Positions 8,201-17,675 of a stretch of DNA of 64,000 nt are shown here, in pieces. Each line of letters starts with the position of its first letter. Positions within the stretch are counted from its first letter, which is position 1. Below the pieces are notes generated by a model. It was not told where the DNA came from. It saw nothing but the letters and a program-made list of their open reading frames with translations, and did not search any database. The stretch lies in the IMG/VR virus record IMGVR_UViG_3300028775_000009. One strand, given 5' to 3'. Both the position numbers and the translations under genes were made by a program. The stretch comes from a virus.

Positions 8201-11200
8201 CGTTTGCCGACCCAGCGAAGATCCCAATGTCCTGCTTCAGTCCATCGCGCATCGCCTCAACCACATCAGGCAGCGCTGGCAGCATCTTGTTGAGGTGGTC
8301 TGCCATTCCAGCGGGCAGACGCTCAAAGAACTTCATGCCTTCAGACGTCCCTGAGCGGTACTCGCTGTAGATCACGGGGTTCCAGCCGTCCGCAATAGCC
8401 TTCTTGGCCATCTCGATCGCATGCGGTAGCCGCGCCGACTCGATGTATCGCTTGAGGTAGATGACCTCCTGGGCCTGGGTCGCTCGTGCCATCGACGATT
8501 TGCCCTGTTCGCGGAAAATCTTTCCAGCAAGGTTGAATACGTCGCGAATCTTCTTCACGCCATCCTGCACCTCTGGTGTCTGCTCGACCAGTCCGACGTG
8601 CGCGGTGACGCCATCAAGGTCGCGGTGCAGCGATGCCCATTGGCCACGCTCAATAAGCTGCTGGCGGAGTTTCAAAAGCTTCTTTGGAGCGTAACCGCCT
8701 GTGTAGGAGTTGGGTCCGGTTTCGACCACGCCGAATTGACGGGCCCACTCGAAGAATCCGCCCTCCGGCCACAGCCCAAGCTTGTCCATATAGCCGATTT
8801 CGACAGCAGTATGAAACGGCGTCGCGCTCATGTAAACCGCTTTCTTCGCCGCCCGGCCTAAAAGACGACCACTTTGGCCCTGCTCTGACTCCATCCACTT
8901 TCGAAGCTCTGCCGACTCGTCGAAGATCACGAAGTCCCACGGGATCGACAGCATATCCTTGTCACCGCGAATCTGGGCGTAGGTCGTCGCGTACGTTCCG
9001 CCGCCTTGGACGTCGTTCATTGAGGCTGGTAGTCCTTCGACTGAAACTCCAAGCTGCTTGCCCACGTCTACATAGCCATCTGAATCGTGGATGAGGTTCC
9101 GGCTCCGAGTAACGATGAGTCCGACCTTTTCTCCAGAATCTCCTAGCAGTTGATCGGCGATCGCGAGCGCTTGGAACGTTTTCCCAGATCCGGTTGGACT
9201 CGCAACCACAACGCCGTCATACTGTTGCAGTCCAGAGAGAGCGACTTCGATAGCTTCCGGTTGCCCCGGAAAAATCATTAGATTGCGCAGGTCATCAGGC
9301 AACCTCACTGTCGGCGCTGGAGTACCCTCTGGCAACCCGAGAGCCTCCGCGTAGTCTCTCCATGCCTCCGGCGACGCCAGCGGGGTGCCGCGGGCGCGCT
9401 TTGGCGCAGCCAGCGATGCTGCTGGCATCTTTGCTAGGGGGAGACTGGCTGCTCGTTTTCCGTCAGCAGTTTCCTCTCCTCTTCCACTAGGCTCTGGATG
9501 TCCTGGTAGAACCCGTCCGGTGGTCTCATCCCGCCCGTCGGCCGCTCCGGTTCGTTCAGGAACTTCCGCAGTTCGAGTAGCGTCGGGTAGCCCAGCATTT
9601 CCATCAGGTACTTCTCGTACGTTTGCCCTTTCGCCATCGCGTCCTCCAAATTCCGTGGTGCCGTACACCTGACGCGCCGACATCGCCTGCGCAGGGGTGG
9701 TTGGCTCCTCCATGTGTGGCATTTCCGCCACACCATGCACTGCATTGATTACTTCTGAATTTGCCCTCTCTGGCGTACTGCCGAAGATGAGCGTGGAACC
9801 ACCCAGTCGATTCTCAACACTGGCCAGTTGCGCCCGAATCTTCGCCTCTTCGCGGGGATCAGTTGTAGTTCGGAGCCGCTCCTCAAGTTGCCGAGCCTGA
9901 CGAGCAAGGTCCCCGATAGATGCCGCTCCGCCCTGATAAAGCCGCTTGCCAACCGTCGAAGCCTTGACATAGAAGTTACCGTCCTTCCCGTCGAAAAGCT
10001 GGTAAGTGCGAATTGCCTGATTGTTGCGGTCGATGAAATCGTCTGCCGATTTGCGATCAGTGAACACAAAATTTCGGGCGTTCGGGTCGATGTGCGCTGT
10101 CTCGTCCAAAATCCTCGCACCCTCTGGAATGGCGACTTTGGGGTCCTTGACCGACTTCTCGAGCGCGTCAACGTCGACACGCGCCGTAATCGGCTTCCGC
10201 TCCGACCGGGTCCAGTCGTACCAATTGTCGAACATCTTCTCGACTTCGGGAGAAGCCTTCGCCAGACCACGGCCACGCACCGCATCGTAAACAGCCTGAA
10301 TTGCCTTGTGGATGGTGTCGAAGGCCTTTTCGAGAGCGCCGCGGCGTCGGCCGCCATCGTAGTGATACCGCTCGAAGGCCTCCGCAAACTTCTCTTCCTG
10401 CGCCGTCGTCCACTCTGCACCCGGTCTGGCCTCGACAAACTGGTTGAGAATCGCCTGATCGCTTCCGTTGAGGTAGTGCCGGATAGCGTGCGCAGCCTCG
10501 TGGATGACAGTCGAGGTGTCCGCTTTGTCGAAGAGGTGAATCAACTTCGATCCGTCCTCCATAATGTCGGTCGCACCGCGAGCTCCACGGTCTTCGCCGC
10601 CAAAACGGAAGCGAATCATCTTGTTCTTGAGGATCGTGTCGAACGACTCGCCAATAGCGCGTGGCAGAACCCGCTCGAAGATATCTCCAACCGCTTCAGC
10701 CTGCTCGTCGGTAAATCCGGGGTGGTCAGCCAACGCCTTGCGGAAATCGCGCACACTGGTGGGTTCGAAGCCTTTCTCGTTCTCGATAACCGAACTGGAG
10801 TCCGGCTGGATTGCCTCTTCCACAGCTTCAGCCGCACGCGCTGGTTCCACCGGAAGTCCGTTCCGCGCCTCTTCGATGATCTCCTTGGCTGCGTCAGGGA
10901 GCCCACCAACCATGCCCCACTCTTCAGGAATGACCTCCATACCGTACTTGCTGGCAATCTGCTCGGTGAATACATCTGCCGGGTGGATGGCTCCGAACAT
11001 CGTCACGCCGCCGCGCTCCGCCTCTTCGGCGTAGTCGCCAATCATGTTGGCGTACTCGCGTGGAGTCTCTTCGAGAGCTCGCGCCAGAGATTCAACCGCC
11101 GGATGGACCGGTGGGTGTGTTGCCTGACCATCAAAACTCAGATCGAAGTTCGAAAGGCGATACCGCTCTGGATGGAGAAGACGCTCGATAAGCGATTCGC

Positions 11201-14200
11201 TGCCGTGAGACTCGTCCTTGGTGACATCTCTTCCTTCGAGTTGATTCAGCCTTGCGGACTGGTCTTGTGCGCGGGTCATCAGTTCGACCGCATCCGTGTT
11301 GTAGCTCGCTAGATTCCAGATTTCACCAGCCGAACGCATGATGACGAAGTCCATGCCCACGCGGCCAAGCTTGTCCTTGATCGCCGCGCTGGTTCGACCG
11401 AGCACCTGCGGATTCGAGACGGCGATTCCCGCTAGGGTGTTTTCAATGAGCGCCTTCGCGGGCTCCGTCAGGTCACCATCCTCGGTGAAGTAGGCTGAGC
11501 GCTTCTTTGGATCAACCAGACCGGCATCGCGAAGGATGTCAGCAAGGTCGGCAGAACGCGCACGCATCGCCGTCCGCAAGCTGGAGTCTCCGGATACCGA
11601 CCGAAACACGTTCGCCATCCGCTCGACGACGGATGGAGTCAGTAGCCGTGAAAGAGCCGCCGATTGCTCGGTGGAGCTCATCCCCTGGCTGGGGTCGCGA
11701 TTCATCTCGATGCCATACCGCGCCAGCGTGGCAGGGTCGGTCACCGTGCGGTCCATCACCCGGACAAGCACGGGGTTGCGCATCTCGAAGATGGAAGCGG
11801 GGTCGATACCAAACGCCTGTGCGCGGTCAAGGATCGAGGCTCGAACCTCTTCGTACCGGCCACGCTTCTGCGCCAGCTTCATGCTCTGCGTGCGTCCGTT
11901 TCCCGACAGCACCGTGCCGTCAGGCATAACGATCGGTGGCCCATCCACCGGCAACACGGAGTTGCTGAGGATCTGGTCAGCGTCAAGCGCGCCAGCACGC
12001 TCCTCTACAGCCGCCTGGAGTTCCGGTTGATCTTGGTAGTTGCGCGGTTGCGCTTCCTGCGGGTAGCGCGGGTCTGGTGTGTAATTTTCAGTACTACGAT
12101 GAGAAGTAATAAGATTATTAGAATCGACAACCGCATAGTGGACTGGCACCTCTTCGCCAGAGTTCAACCTGACACGAGTTTCTCGGCCTAGAATGGCCGG
12201 CATTTTTGGATTCGTCTCGCGCTCCGTACGTGGTTTGACCACCTCAGTCGCCGCGACAATCTCATCCTCTTTGCGCTGGATAAAGTCAGCCGTGTCACGC
12301 AGCGCCTCGGCTTCAGCCTTCTGCTCCGGTAGTGCCTCGGGACCACCCAGACGGTCGGCGGCCCGGTTGATGACCTGCTTCTGGTCTTCAAAGTGGACTA
12401 CCTCACGCGCAGCTCGTTCAGTGCCAGATTCAATGTCGGTACGCATCCGCGAGATGAGGTCTTCCCGATAAGCATCGAGCACCTGACGCTCAGCCGCAGC
12501 ACGGGTCTGCCGCATCTGGCTCATAAACTCGTTCATGTCCGGAGAGCGCTGGCTCTCGGGTATCTTCCGAATGGCGCGCTGCACGTCAAAGATGTCGCGT
12601 GACCCGCCAACATCCTGAAGGTTGATGCGCTCTGCCAAACGGGTCAGGCCTTTCGCCTGGTTGGTTAGGGCCTCCCCTGCTCCAGTCTCCGCCGATGTTG
12701 CATTGGTAATCGTGTTGCGAATCTGCTGCACATGGTCTGCGCGAGCTTCACGCACTGCCTGCCCGGCAAGCTCCTGATCGACCTGTGCGCGGGTCGAATC
12801 GCGATAGGCCATCAGCGTGTCGACCTGCTGCCTGTCGCGTAAAGACGCCTCGTAGTTGGCAACGTCGATATGCTCACCGCGAGAGAGACGGTCAGCAATC
12901 TCTGGCGTGGTAAACGCTTTGGCGCGTGCCGGATCTTCATTGAGGAAGCCAGCCAGCGCGGACACCTGATCGCTCTTTTCGATGGCGTCGAAGCTCTTGC
13001 CGAAGTTTTTCTCCGAGTACTCCGAAAGTGCCCGGTAGATGTCGGGTGCGGCCTTCATCGAAGCTGCAATGTTTGAGTGCTCGAGGATGACTCGTGCCAA
13101 GCCAGCAGTCTCATCCGCTCCCGGCGCCAGGGGTTCGCCTGTACCTTCGTTGCGGTTCATCCAGCGCGTGACGGCTGGCCTCGAAGCTTCGACCATATCG
13201 GCGTGACGGCGATACGCATCGTAGGCTGGCGTCGCTTTGAAGGCGTCCCACTTCTCCGGCTGCTCGCGCTCAAACTTCGATGCAACCTCGCGCTGGCGAT
13301 CAAGCGGCAAGCTCGAGAATGAGGCCCCAGCGTTCTCTTCGGCATACTCCTGCACTGGCCGCTCCAGTTCGGAAGCAGTCTGAATTTCGACCGATCCTGG
13401 AGCGGTGCGCTTGTCCACCACTTTGACGCCACCCTCCATCGGCTCGGGACTGGGAGCGTGGACGGGTTCCGTTTCCTTTTCGGTCGTCTTGACCAATCCT
13501 CGATCACCACGGGTGTTGCGTCGCTGATCGTTGACACCGAATCCGCGCTCTTCAGCGGCCGGGGTAATCTCGTCGGCCTTAGCAGCCTGATACTGTGTGC
13601 GTCGCTGGGCTTCTTCGTTGGCTTTGACTTTAGCCTCAGCCGCCGCCTGCGCCTGCTTGTACTGCTCCGCCGCCCGCTGACGCTGTAATTCTTGGCCTAG
13701 AACAGTTTTGGCCGCCTGCAATCTGGCGGAGTTGGCTTTTGCTCGGTCGTTCATCCACTCGATATCAGCCTGAGCGTCGCCGCGAGTCTGCGACTTGCGA
13801 ATCTTGTCCGTCTCCTGGTCCACGCGCTTGCGAAACCCTGGACTTTGATCCTCTACTGAGGAGTAGAGTGTATGCGCCTTCTCGGGGTCGGTAAGCTGTT
13901 TAAATGGCTTCTTATAGAGGTCCTTCGCTTTATCGTTGAGTCGAGCGGTATTCTCGCCGCCCTCGGCGATCTTGCCACCAACGTGCGGAACGACGATCAT
14001 GGCGACGTTTGCCGCCATCTCGCCCCAAGCTTCGTTTTCTCCGGCATCGTCCCCACGCTGACGAGCTTCGTGGATCTGGTGCGCGGTATCGACGATACCC
14101 TCGCCCATAGTCGGCATCATCGCCAAACCAACGGCGTGCATCGCGGACGCAACATACTCGCCACCCTTGACCACCGCAGCGCCCGGAGCGGCCATCATCG

Positions 14201-14660
14201 CGACTTGTGTGGGCGACGTCATCCCAGATACAGCGCGGGATGCTCCCTTCGAAAGTTGCCCCAGCTTCGTCTTCGGGTTGACTGGGAATAGCTCTTCCAC
14301 CGCTACGAGCGGGTGGTTGACAAAGTTGCGAAATGCCGCGGTATAATCGCCGGTAACCTGCGCAGCCTGCTTCGCTTCACTAACAGCGCCGCTGGCTCCG
14401 GAGTAGCCCACCGTGTTCTTTACACGCTCCCACCATGTCGGGTTATAGGCGCTGATCGACGCAGTCGGAGCTTCAGTTTTCGGTTTCTCGGCAGGCTTGT
14501 CGAATGAACCGACGACAGCGCCGGCTGGAAGACCCTTGATCTTCGGCGCGTCGGTGTGCTTTGGTTTAGGCTGCGGCTTTGAGAATGAGCCGACAACGGC
14601 TCCCGGTGGAAGTCCCTTCACTGCGGGCGGGTTTACTTGCTCGTCTGCCATGTACGCCAA
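5286..14660 (-). CDS. Giant polyvalent (DarB-like) virion/ejection protein, 3124 aa: DdrB-like ParB domain, zincin metallopeptidase, strawberry-notch-like SF2 helicase
   Basis: GPPIVMPDGTVLSGNGRT (~aa 920); VIHEAAH (~aa 1390); SPTGSGKT (~aa 1820), FDESAE, YMSATPF and QSTGRTWRYG (~aa 2215); last large gene of the ejection-protein block. Confidence 0.8.
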   Translation of the reverse strand: MAYMADEQVNPPAVKGLPPGAVVGSFSKPQPKPKHTDAPKIKGLPAGAVVGSFDKPAEKPKTEAPTASISAYNPTWWERVKNTVGYSGASGAVSEAKQAAQVTGDYTAAFRNFVNHPLVAVEELFPVNPKTKLGQLSKGASRAVSGMTSPTQVAMMAAPGAAVVKGGEYVASAMHAVGLAMMPTMGEGIVDTAHQIHEARQRGDDAGENEAWGEMAANVAMIVVPHVGGKIAEGGENTARLNDKAKDLYKKPFKQLTDPEKAHTLYSSVEDQSPGFRKRVDQETDKIRKSQTRGDAQADIEWMNDRAKANSARLQAAKTVLGQELQRQRAAEQYKQAQAAAEAKVKANEEAQRRTQYQAAKADEITPAAEERGFGVNDQRRNTRGDRGLVKTTEKETEPVHAPSPEPMEGGVKVVDKRTAPGSVEIQTASELERPVQEYAEENAGASFSSLPLDRQREVASKFEREQPEKWDAFKATPAYDAYRRHADMVEASRPAVTRWMNRNEGTGEPLAPGADETAGLARVILEHSNIAASMKAAPDIYRALSEYSEKNFGKSFDAIEKSDQVSALAGFLNEDPARAKAFTTPEIADRLSRGEHIDVANYEASLRDRQQVDTLMAYRDSTRAQVDQELAGQAVREARADHVQQIRNTITNATSAETGAGEALTNQAKGLTRLAERINLQDVGGSRDIFDVQRAIRKIPESQRSPDMNEFMSQMRQTRAAAERQVLDAYREDLISRMRTDIESGTERAAREVVHFEDQKQVINRAADRLGGPEALPEQKAEAEALRDTADFIQRKEDEIVAATEVVKPRTERETNPKMPAILGRETRVRLNSGEEVPVHYAVVDSNNLITSHRSTENYTPDPRYPQEAQPRNYQDQPELQAAVEERAGALDADQILSNSVLPVDGPPIVMPDGTVLSGNGRTQSMKLAQKRGRYEEVRASILDRAQAFGIDPASIFEMRNPVLVRVMDRTVTDPATLARYGIEMNRDPSQGMSSTEQSAALSRLLTPSVVERMANVFRSVSGDSSLRTAMRARSADLADILRDAGLVDPKKRSAYFTEDGDLTEPAKALIENTLAGIAVSNPQVLGRTSAAIKDKLGRVGMDFVIMRSAGEIWNLASYNTDAVELMTRAQDQSARLNQLEGRDVTKDESHGSESLIERLLHPERYRLSNFDLSFDGQATHPPVHPAVESLARALEETPREYANMIGDYAEEAERGGVTMFGAIHPADVFTEQIASKYGMEVIPEEWGMVGGLPDAAKEIIEEARNGLPVEPARAAEAVEEAIQPDSSSVIENEKGFEPTSVRDFRKALADHPGFTDEQAEAVGDIFERVLPRAIGESFDTILKNKMIRFRFGGEDRGARGATDIMEDGSKLIHLFDKADTSTVIHEAAHAIRHYLNGSDQAILNQFVEARPGAEWTTAQEEKFAEAFERYHYDGGRRRGALEKAFDTIHKAIQAVYDAVRGRGLAKASPEVEKMFDNWYDWTRSERKPITARVDVDALEKSVKDPKVAIPEGARILDETAHIDPNARNFVFTDRKSADDFIDRNNQAIRTYQLFDGKDGNFYVKASTVGKRLYQGGAASIGDLARQARQLEERLRTTTDPREEAKIRAQLASVENRLGGSTLIFGSTPERANSEVINAVHGVAEMPHMEEPTTPAQAMSARQVYGTTEFGGRDGERANVREVPDGNAGLPDATRTAEVPERTGAADGRDETTGRVLPGHPEPSGRGEETADGKRAASLPLAKMPAASLAAPKRARGTPLASPEAWRDYAEALGLPEGTPAPTVRLPDDLRNLMIFPGQPEAIEVALSGLQQYDGVVVASPTGSGKTFQALAIADQLLGDSGEKVGLIVTRSRNLIHDSDGYVDVGKQLGVSVEGLPASMNDVQGGGTYATTYAQIRGDKDMLSIPWDFVIFDESAELRKWMESEQGQSGRLLGRAAKKAVYMSATPFHTAVEIGYMDKLGLWPEGGFFEWARQFGVVETGPNSYTGGYAPKKLLKLRQQLIERGQWASLHRDLDGVTAHVGLVEQTPEVQDGVKKIRDVFNLAGKIFREQGKSSMARATQAQEVIYLKRYIESARLPHAIEMAKKAIADGWNPVIYSEYRSGTSEGMKFFERLPAGMADHLNKMLPALPDVVEAMRDGLKQDIGIFAGSANELRAEERQAFMDGTKKGVYTTYAAGGVGASFHDRAGDRPRMDIHLGLPWSGIMFEQSTGRTWRYGTKSNVAKIFLTSDALPEIKVLTTKILPRMRALNAVVRGEVVESRLAKSLRESVGISEEAIDYEMGNESAPEAAQFEERGAGVGFTRIEDLKLPRAKDAIGKDKGMKYKAQPKRLYQGPVDDPIDKSTSEAMKRNLEDVPPSMRRAYLANTPAISADVAIEGAKAAVAREPVVPAVERAAKDSKIGFDLAIGERGLFFQHTAGKQLAALKDFAREWMYLRHTSGDQAIRKIMAHEGFPSEGREVQRRLIERSHLKTDHQGELLAKVSDIIGDIRPSDHPLVVKVLEGKAESTDPAILKAVDGYRTFFSYVRNRLGDAGAKMKFYRDGKEQTVTYKQIADDPNYWPHIYDWNKPILIEGKNGAKPTVTTLGEIHDMPTNDARRQDLIEAYAGKRGISVVDAAKFFEKNRRGVRLSGNLEKGRRTSIPDYDTTNRAMNVYVDQVASMLANIETVGQEREKLNPLILQLPLATQQVVDSVVSADLNPSSVGESNKRLLRAASQWVVLSKMGLSTLKLPYHMAKTGLVTNLRSLAGGVFSTATSPIEATRMARDAGILTDYVRQAMMMEYGLHAGGLDQKMLTLTGFTPAIWISRIVSSAAGRVFLERYAAPALKANPKDVQLRRKLQDLYAYSDEDMDRIAASGYNTSDVRRAMIAAADWTTGSGRPSELPPSVRYAADHPISKQQNTLMRLTWMLKTYTFKTANLVNRTVFEGMKNPDWTEKDYKALGRWLIGFGAAGMGLRVMQYGINKKKNPEAAAEELRRFEGIQEHPQDALWLELGNVSYGMGIYPAKVMFDRLATHEPKDIKSFDTKKRLEFATAEESGGILASDLDHIRLAGINYYKTFGDDGVHHKASTEERRSKILADLAKQEIAPVGTVEAFFRPAKPEESKSEHIRHRRPARRRTHAIQ

Positions 14661-14679
14661 TCATAATCGGAAGCTTGTA

Positions 14680-16353
14680 CTACAGCGCTTGAAATTCTCC
14701 GTTGACCGCCCATCCGATCAAATGCTGCTTGTCGTCGTACACGGGGGCAGATGCGCCCTTCGGCGGCTTGTGCCCCTGCACCTCCGGCAGCCCGCCGTCT
14801 TCGTGCTTGGCGGTCTCCGTTTTGGGGTTCTCCGGGGGCTTAGCATCGGTATGAGCGTAAGGCTTCATGCGGCCAAGCACTACCTTACGATCCTCCGGTG
14901 ATATCCCCCCGCCCACCTTGGGGTCGTTGAGAACATCTTTGATCTGCTGCTGCAGATCCATCTCAAACTTTTGAGCCTGTTTCTTGTCGAGGTTTCCCGA
15001 GTATTTCCCGTTTTTATCCGGTTGTCCAAGGTATTTACCGTACGACCGCATCCCGTCGCCGTCACGCGGAACGAAGTTGGCGAGCTTGTCGCTGAAGTCT
15101 TTGTCGTCGCGGTACTGAGGAAGCGACTGCAGGCGCTCGATCGCCGAACTGAGCACCTTGTTGTCAAACTGAACTGGCTCCTGAGTCGCGCTGTACGACT
15201 GACCCTCGTCATCCGAGATCGACTTCTTGATCGCCATCTTATCAGCTTCACGATCAAGCTTGTCGTCATCCCAACCGGGGTTATGTTCTTTCAGATACGA
15301 GCGTGCCTGACCATACGCTTTTTCGTAGCGATTAGATCCGGTGCCGCTACCGCCGCGGCCACCGCCGCTCCTCCCCTTAGCTGCGTACTCCTTCTGTGGT
15401 CCGCGCAGTTGCTTGTACGTTCCATCCCCATTGTCCATGAGGATTTCACCCTCGCGGGTGACCGTCAGCTTTGTCTTCGGCCCGGTAGGGACCTTGTTGA
15501 GTTCGAGGATCTGTTTGTCTTGGTCGGTGAGCTTGTAGTTTGGGTCTTTTTCCAAACGCCCAAAAACATCATCGAGAGCGCGCTTCGCCTCGTCCCCTGG
15601 CTTTTCCGCCACAGGCTTCGCGACGGGCGCGATACGCTCTTCGAGAGACGTGAGCCGCGTGTTCTGATCTGCCGTGCGCTGGCCTGCCGGAATCTGCAAA
15701 AGCTTGTCACGCTCGGCCACCGCCTGTTGATGGCTGAGGTCGTTCTGATCTTTGAGTGTCTTCGCCTGTACCGAGGGATCGGCTGCGCGCTGCTGCGCCT
15801 GCCGCTGTCCCATCGCAATCTGCCCGTAAACTGGTGGGCCAGCCTTCTGACTGAGTTCGAATAATGCCTGCGTCTTGACGTGCGGGTCAGGACTATTCAG
15901 CCGGTTCATCAGGGGCTCCTGAGCGGCCTGCTGCGCCTTCTTTCCACCCTTACCCTTTTGCTCTTGGACAATGAACGGACGCCGGAAGTCTTGCAACGCT
16001 CCCCAGCTACCATCCACCGCATTCTTGGCCGAGACGTACTCGGGACTCTTTGGGTCAACTCCGGCCTGACTAAGTTGGAAGAGCCGCGTCGCATCCTGAT
16101 TGTAGGACGCCTGGAGGTTGTCGTCCTTCTTTTTGAACTTCATCACGTCGGCGGCTTGCTTGTACGCACGACCGGCCATGACGCCGCGCAGCAGCCCGTC
16201 CGCAATGGTTGCGATCGCGCCCGAGTGCTTTACCGCTCCATTGGCTTCTGGAGCCTGTGTCGGGATAGGAGATGGCATCGCCACCGGAGACACGTCCGGC
16301 AACACTGGAGCCTGATAGGGGGTTGAGGTGGTTGGATCATAAGCTTGCGGCAC
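14680..16353 (-). CDS. Probable internal virion / DNA ejection protein (557 aa)
   Basis: Helical Ala/Gln/Lys-rich protein lying between the nozzle and the giant protein; GGAGG RBS. Confidence 0.55.
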   Translation of the reverse strand: MPQAYDPTTSTPYQAPVLPDVSPVAMPSPIPTQAPEANGAVKHSGAIATIADGLLRGVMAGRAYKQAADVMKFKKKDDNLQASYNQDATRLFQLSQAGVDPKSPEYVSAKNAVDGSWGALQDFRRPFIVQEQKGKGGKKAQQAAQEPLMNRLNSPDPHVKTQALFELSQKAGPPVYGQIAMGQRQAQQRAADPSVQAKTLKDQNDLSHQQAVAERDKLLQIPAGQRTADQNTRLTSLEERIAPVAKPVAEKPGDEAKRALDDVFGRLEKDPNYKLTDQDKQILELNKVPTGPKTKLTVTREGEILMDNGDGTYKQLRGPQKEYAAKGRSGGGRGGSGTGSNRYEKAYGQARSYLKEHNPGWDDDKLDREADKMAIKKSISDDEGQSYSATQEPVQFDNKVLSSAIERLQSLPQYRDDKDFSDKLANFVPRDGDGMRSYGKYLGQPDKNGKYSGNLDKKQAQKFEMDLQQQIKDVLNDPKVGGGISPEDRKVVLGRMKPYAHTDAKPPENPKTETAKHEDGGLPEVQGHKPPKGASAPVYDDKQHLIGWAVNGEFQAL

Positions 16354-16362
16354 TCAGTCCTC

Positions 16363-16521
16363 CTAGAAAGTCGGCGTGGGATTCCATGCCGAGAAATCAA
16401 TAGTAGCTGGATTATATGGTGCGCTACTAAGTCCCATCGGATTACCCGCTCCAAAGTTGAGGCCAAGAGGGTCGGCGCCCGCGTTAGGATTGGACGGAGG
16501 TGGAGCGTTAGGGGGTGTCAT
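16363..16521 (-). CDS. Small Pro/Asn-rich protein (52 aa)
   Basis: ATG overlaps the upstream TGA (ATGA) and the ORF fills the intergenic gap exactly. Confidence 0.45.
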   Translation of the reverse strand: MTPPNAPPPSNPNAGADPLGLNFGAGNPMGLSSAPYNPATIDFSAWNPTPTF

Positions 16522-17078
16522 ATAAACGCTGCGCCCACTGTGGCAGCATCCGTGCCCAGCGACGTCAGCGCACCGAGTTGGGCACCTTTTTGCTGGATCT
16601 GCTGCTGACCCAAAGCTCCAAGACCCGAGTTTGCACTGTTGTAGCCCGAGATGCCGGTTCCGGCTGCAGCGGTGGATTCTCCCACCCCTTGACCGGATAG
16701 CTGCGCGAGTGCGTTGAAGGAATTCAGATAGCTTCCAGAAGCGGCCTTGCCTACCTCTGCGCCCTGATTGACGTCAACCTGCTCGAGTGCAAGATTTTTT
16801 TCACCGCCAGCCGGGCCTGTGCGCAGGATGTTAGCCTTCGCCTGGTCCGATGCCGTTTGAATCTGCTGCGTTGCTGGAGCGATCGCCGTGGCGATCTTGC
16901 CTGGGTCACCTGTCGCGATTGTGGAGTAGAAATTTTCTGCAGACTGGAATCCGGGAAACGCCGCCTGGTAAAGCTGATCTGCGTTACCGGCCTGCTGCTG
17001 AGCGATTGCCGTTAGAGCGTTAGAGTTGGATAGTTCGCCCGCTTGCACTGCTGGAGAGAGGCCGCTGGATTTTCCCGT
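16518..17078 (-). CDS. Probable ejection/pilot protein (gp7/gp14-like); start codon ambiguous
   Basis: Ala/Gln/Gly/Ser-rich with a hydrophobic C-terminus. No in-frame ATG; ACG at 17078 follows AAGGAG, whereas GTG at 17048 lacks an RBS. Confidence 0.6.
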   Translation of the reverse strand, partial: TGKSSGLSPAVQAGELSNSNALTAIAQQQAGNADQLYQAAFPGFQSAENFYSTIATGDPGKIATAIAPATQQIQTASDQAKANILRTGPAGGEKNLALEQVDVNQGAEVGKAASGSYLNSFNALAQLSGQGVGESTAAAGTGISGYNSANSGLGALGQQQIQQKGAQLGALTSLGTDAATVGAAFI

Positions 17079-17142
17079 ATCGCTACCGCTCCTTCCCCAA
17101 AACGCAGTCTTCCCTGCATCCTAGAGGCAGAACAGATAATCA

Positions 17143-17654
17143 TCAAGGGATGTGCAAGCTATTTTCTCGGCTGAGAATCCTGTTGCGAGACGTAGTGGCC
17201 GGATCGACAAAGGCAACAACCGCTTTGGGATGCCGAGCCTGTAGAATCGCCCTCTGCTTTTCGAGTCCCACGGGGTCTCCGGCCAGCACTACCGACTCCT
17301 GAACTGGGGTTCCATTAGGGAGAATTGCCTGAAGCACGACGACGTACTTGTCCCTGATTTGATCCTTCGTGTAGATGTGGCCCAATAGACTGCCATGCCG
17401 ACCGTGTAGCGCCTCTTTGGCGATGGTCGCCGCCGATATTTTCGAGGGTCTAAAGATGTACGTTCCCGCGCCGCGCCCTCCAACTTCAACAGATTCCATG
17501 CCTTCAGGAATAGCTGGCGTGTAGCGGGAGCGCGCTGGGAGCATAACCACGTCGATGCTGCCCGAACGCAGTGAGTCCATCTGCGCATCTATCGTGGCAA
17601 CGGACTCCTCGACGACCGGCTCTTCGGACGAGCCAACAAGGAGTTCCGAGTCTA
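17143..17654 (-). CDS. ~170-aa hypothetical ORF, probably the -1 frameshift extension of the GNAT
   Basis: Open in the -1 frame across the GNAT stop; no convincing independent RBS/start. Confidence 0.55.
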
Positions 17655-17675
17655 CTTTTTTTGGGAATAGGCCTC
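17602..17675 (-). other. Programmed -1 ribosomal frameshift signal
   Basis: A_AAA_AAG (17661-17655) just before TAG, GAGG 10 nt upstream, long stem-loop (17647-17602) 7 nt downstream. Confidence 0.65.

Noticed and set aside
6615-11312. Long plus-strand ORFs (454 aa and 494 aa) and similar ORFs opposite late genes
   Set aside because: Antisense shadows of GC-rich coding sequence; no motifs or RBSs.
5286-14660. N6-adenine methyltransferase as in P1 DarB
   Set aside because: No FxGxG/GxG-plus-NPPF/DPPY motif pair found in the translation.
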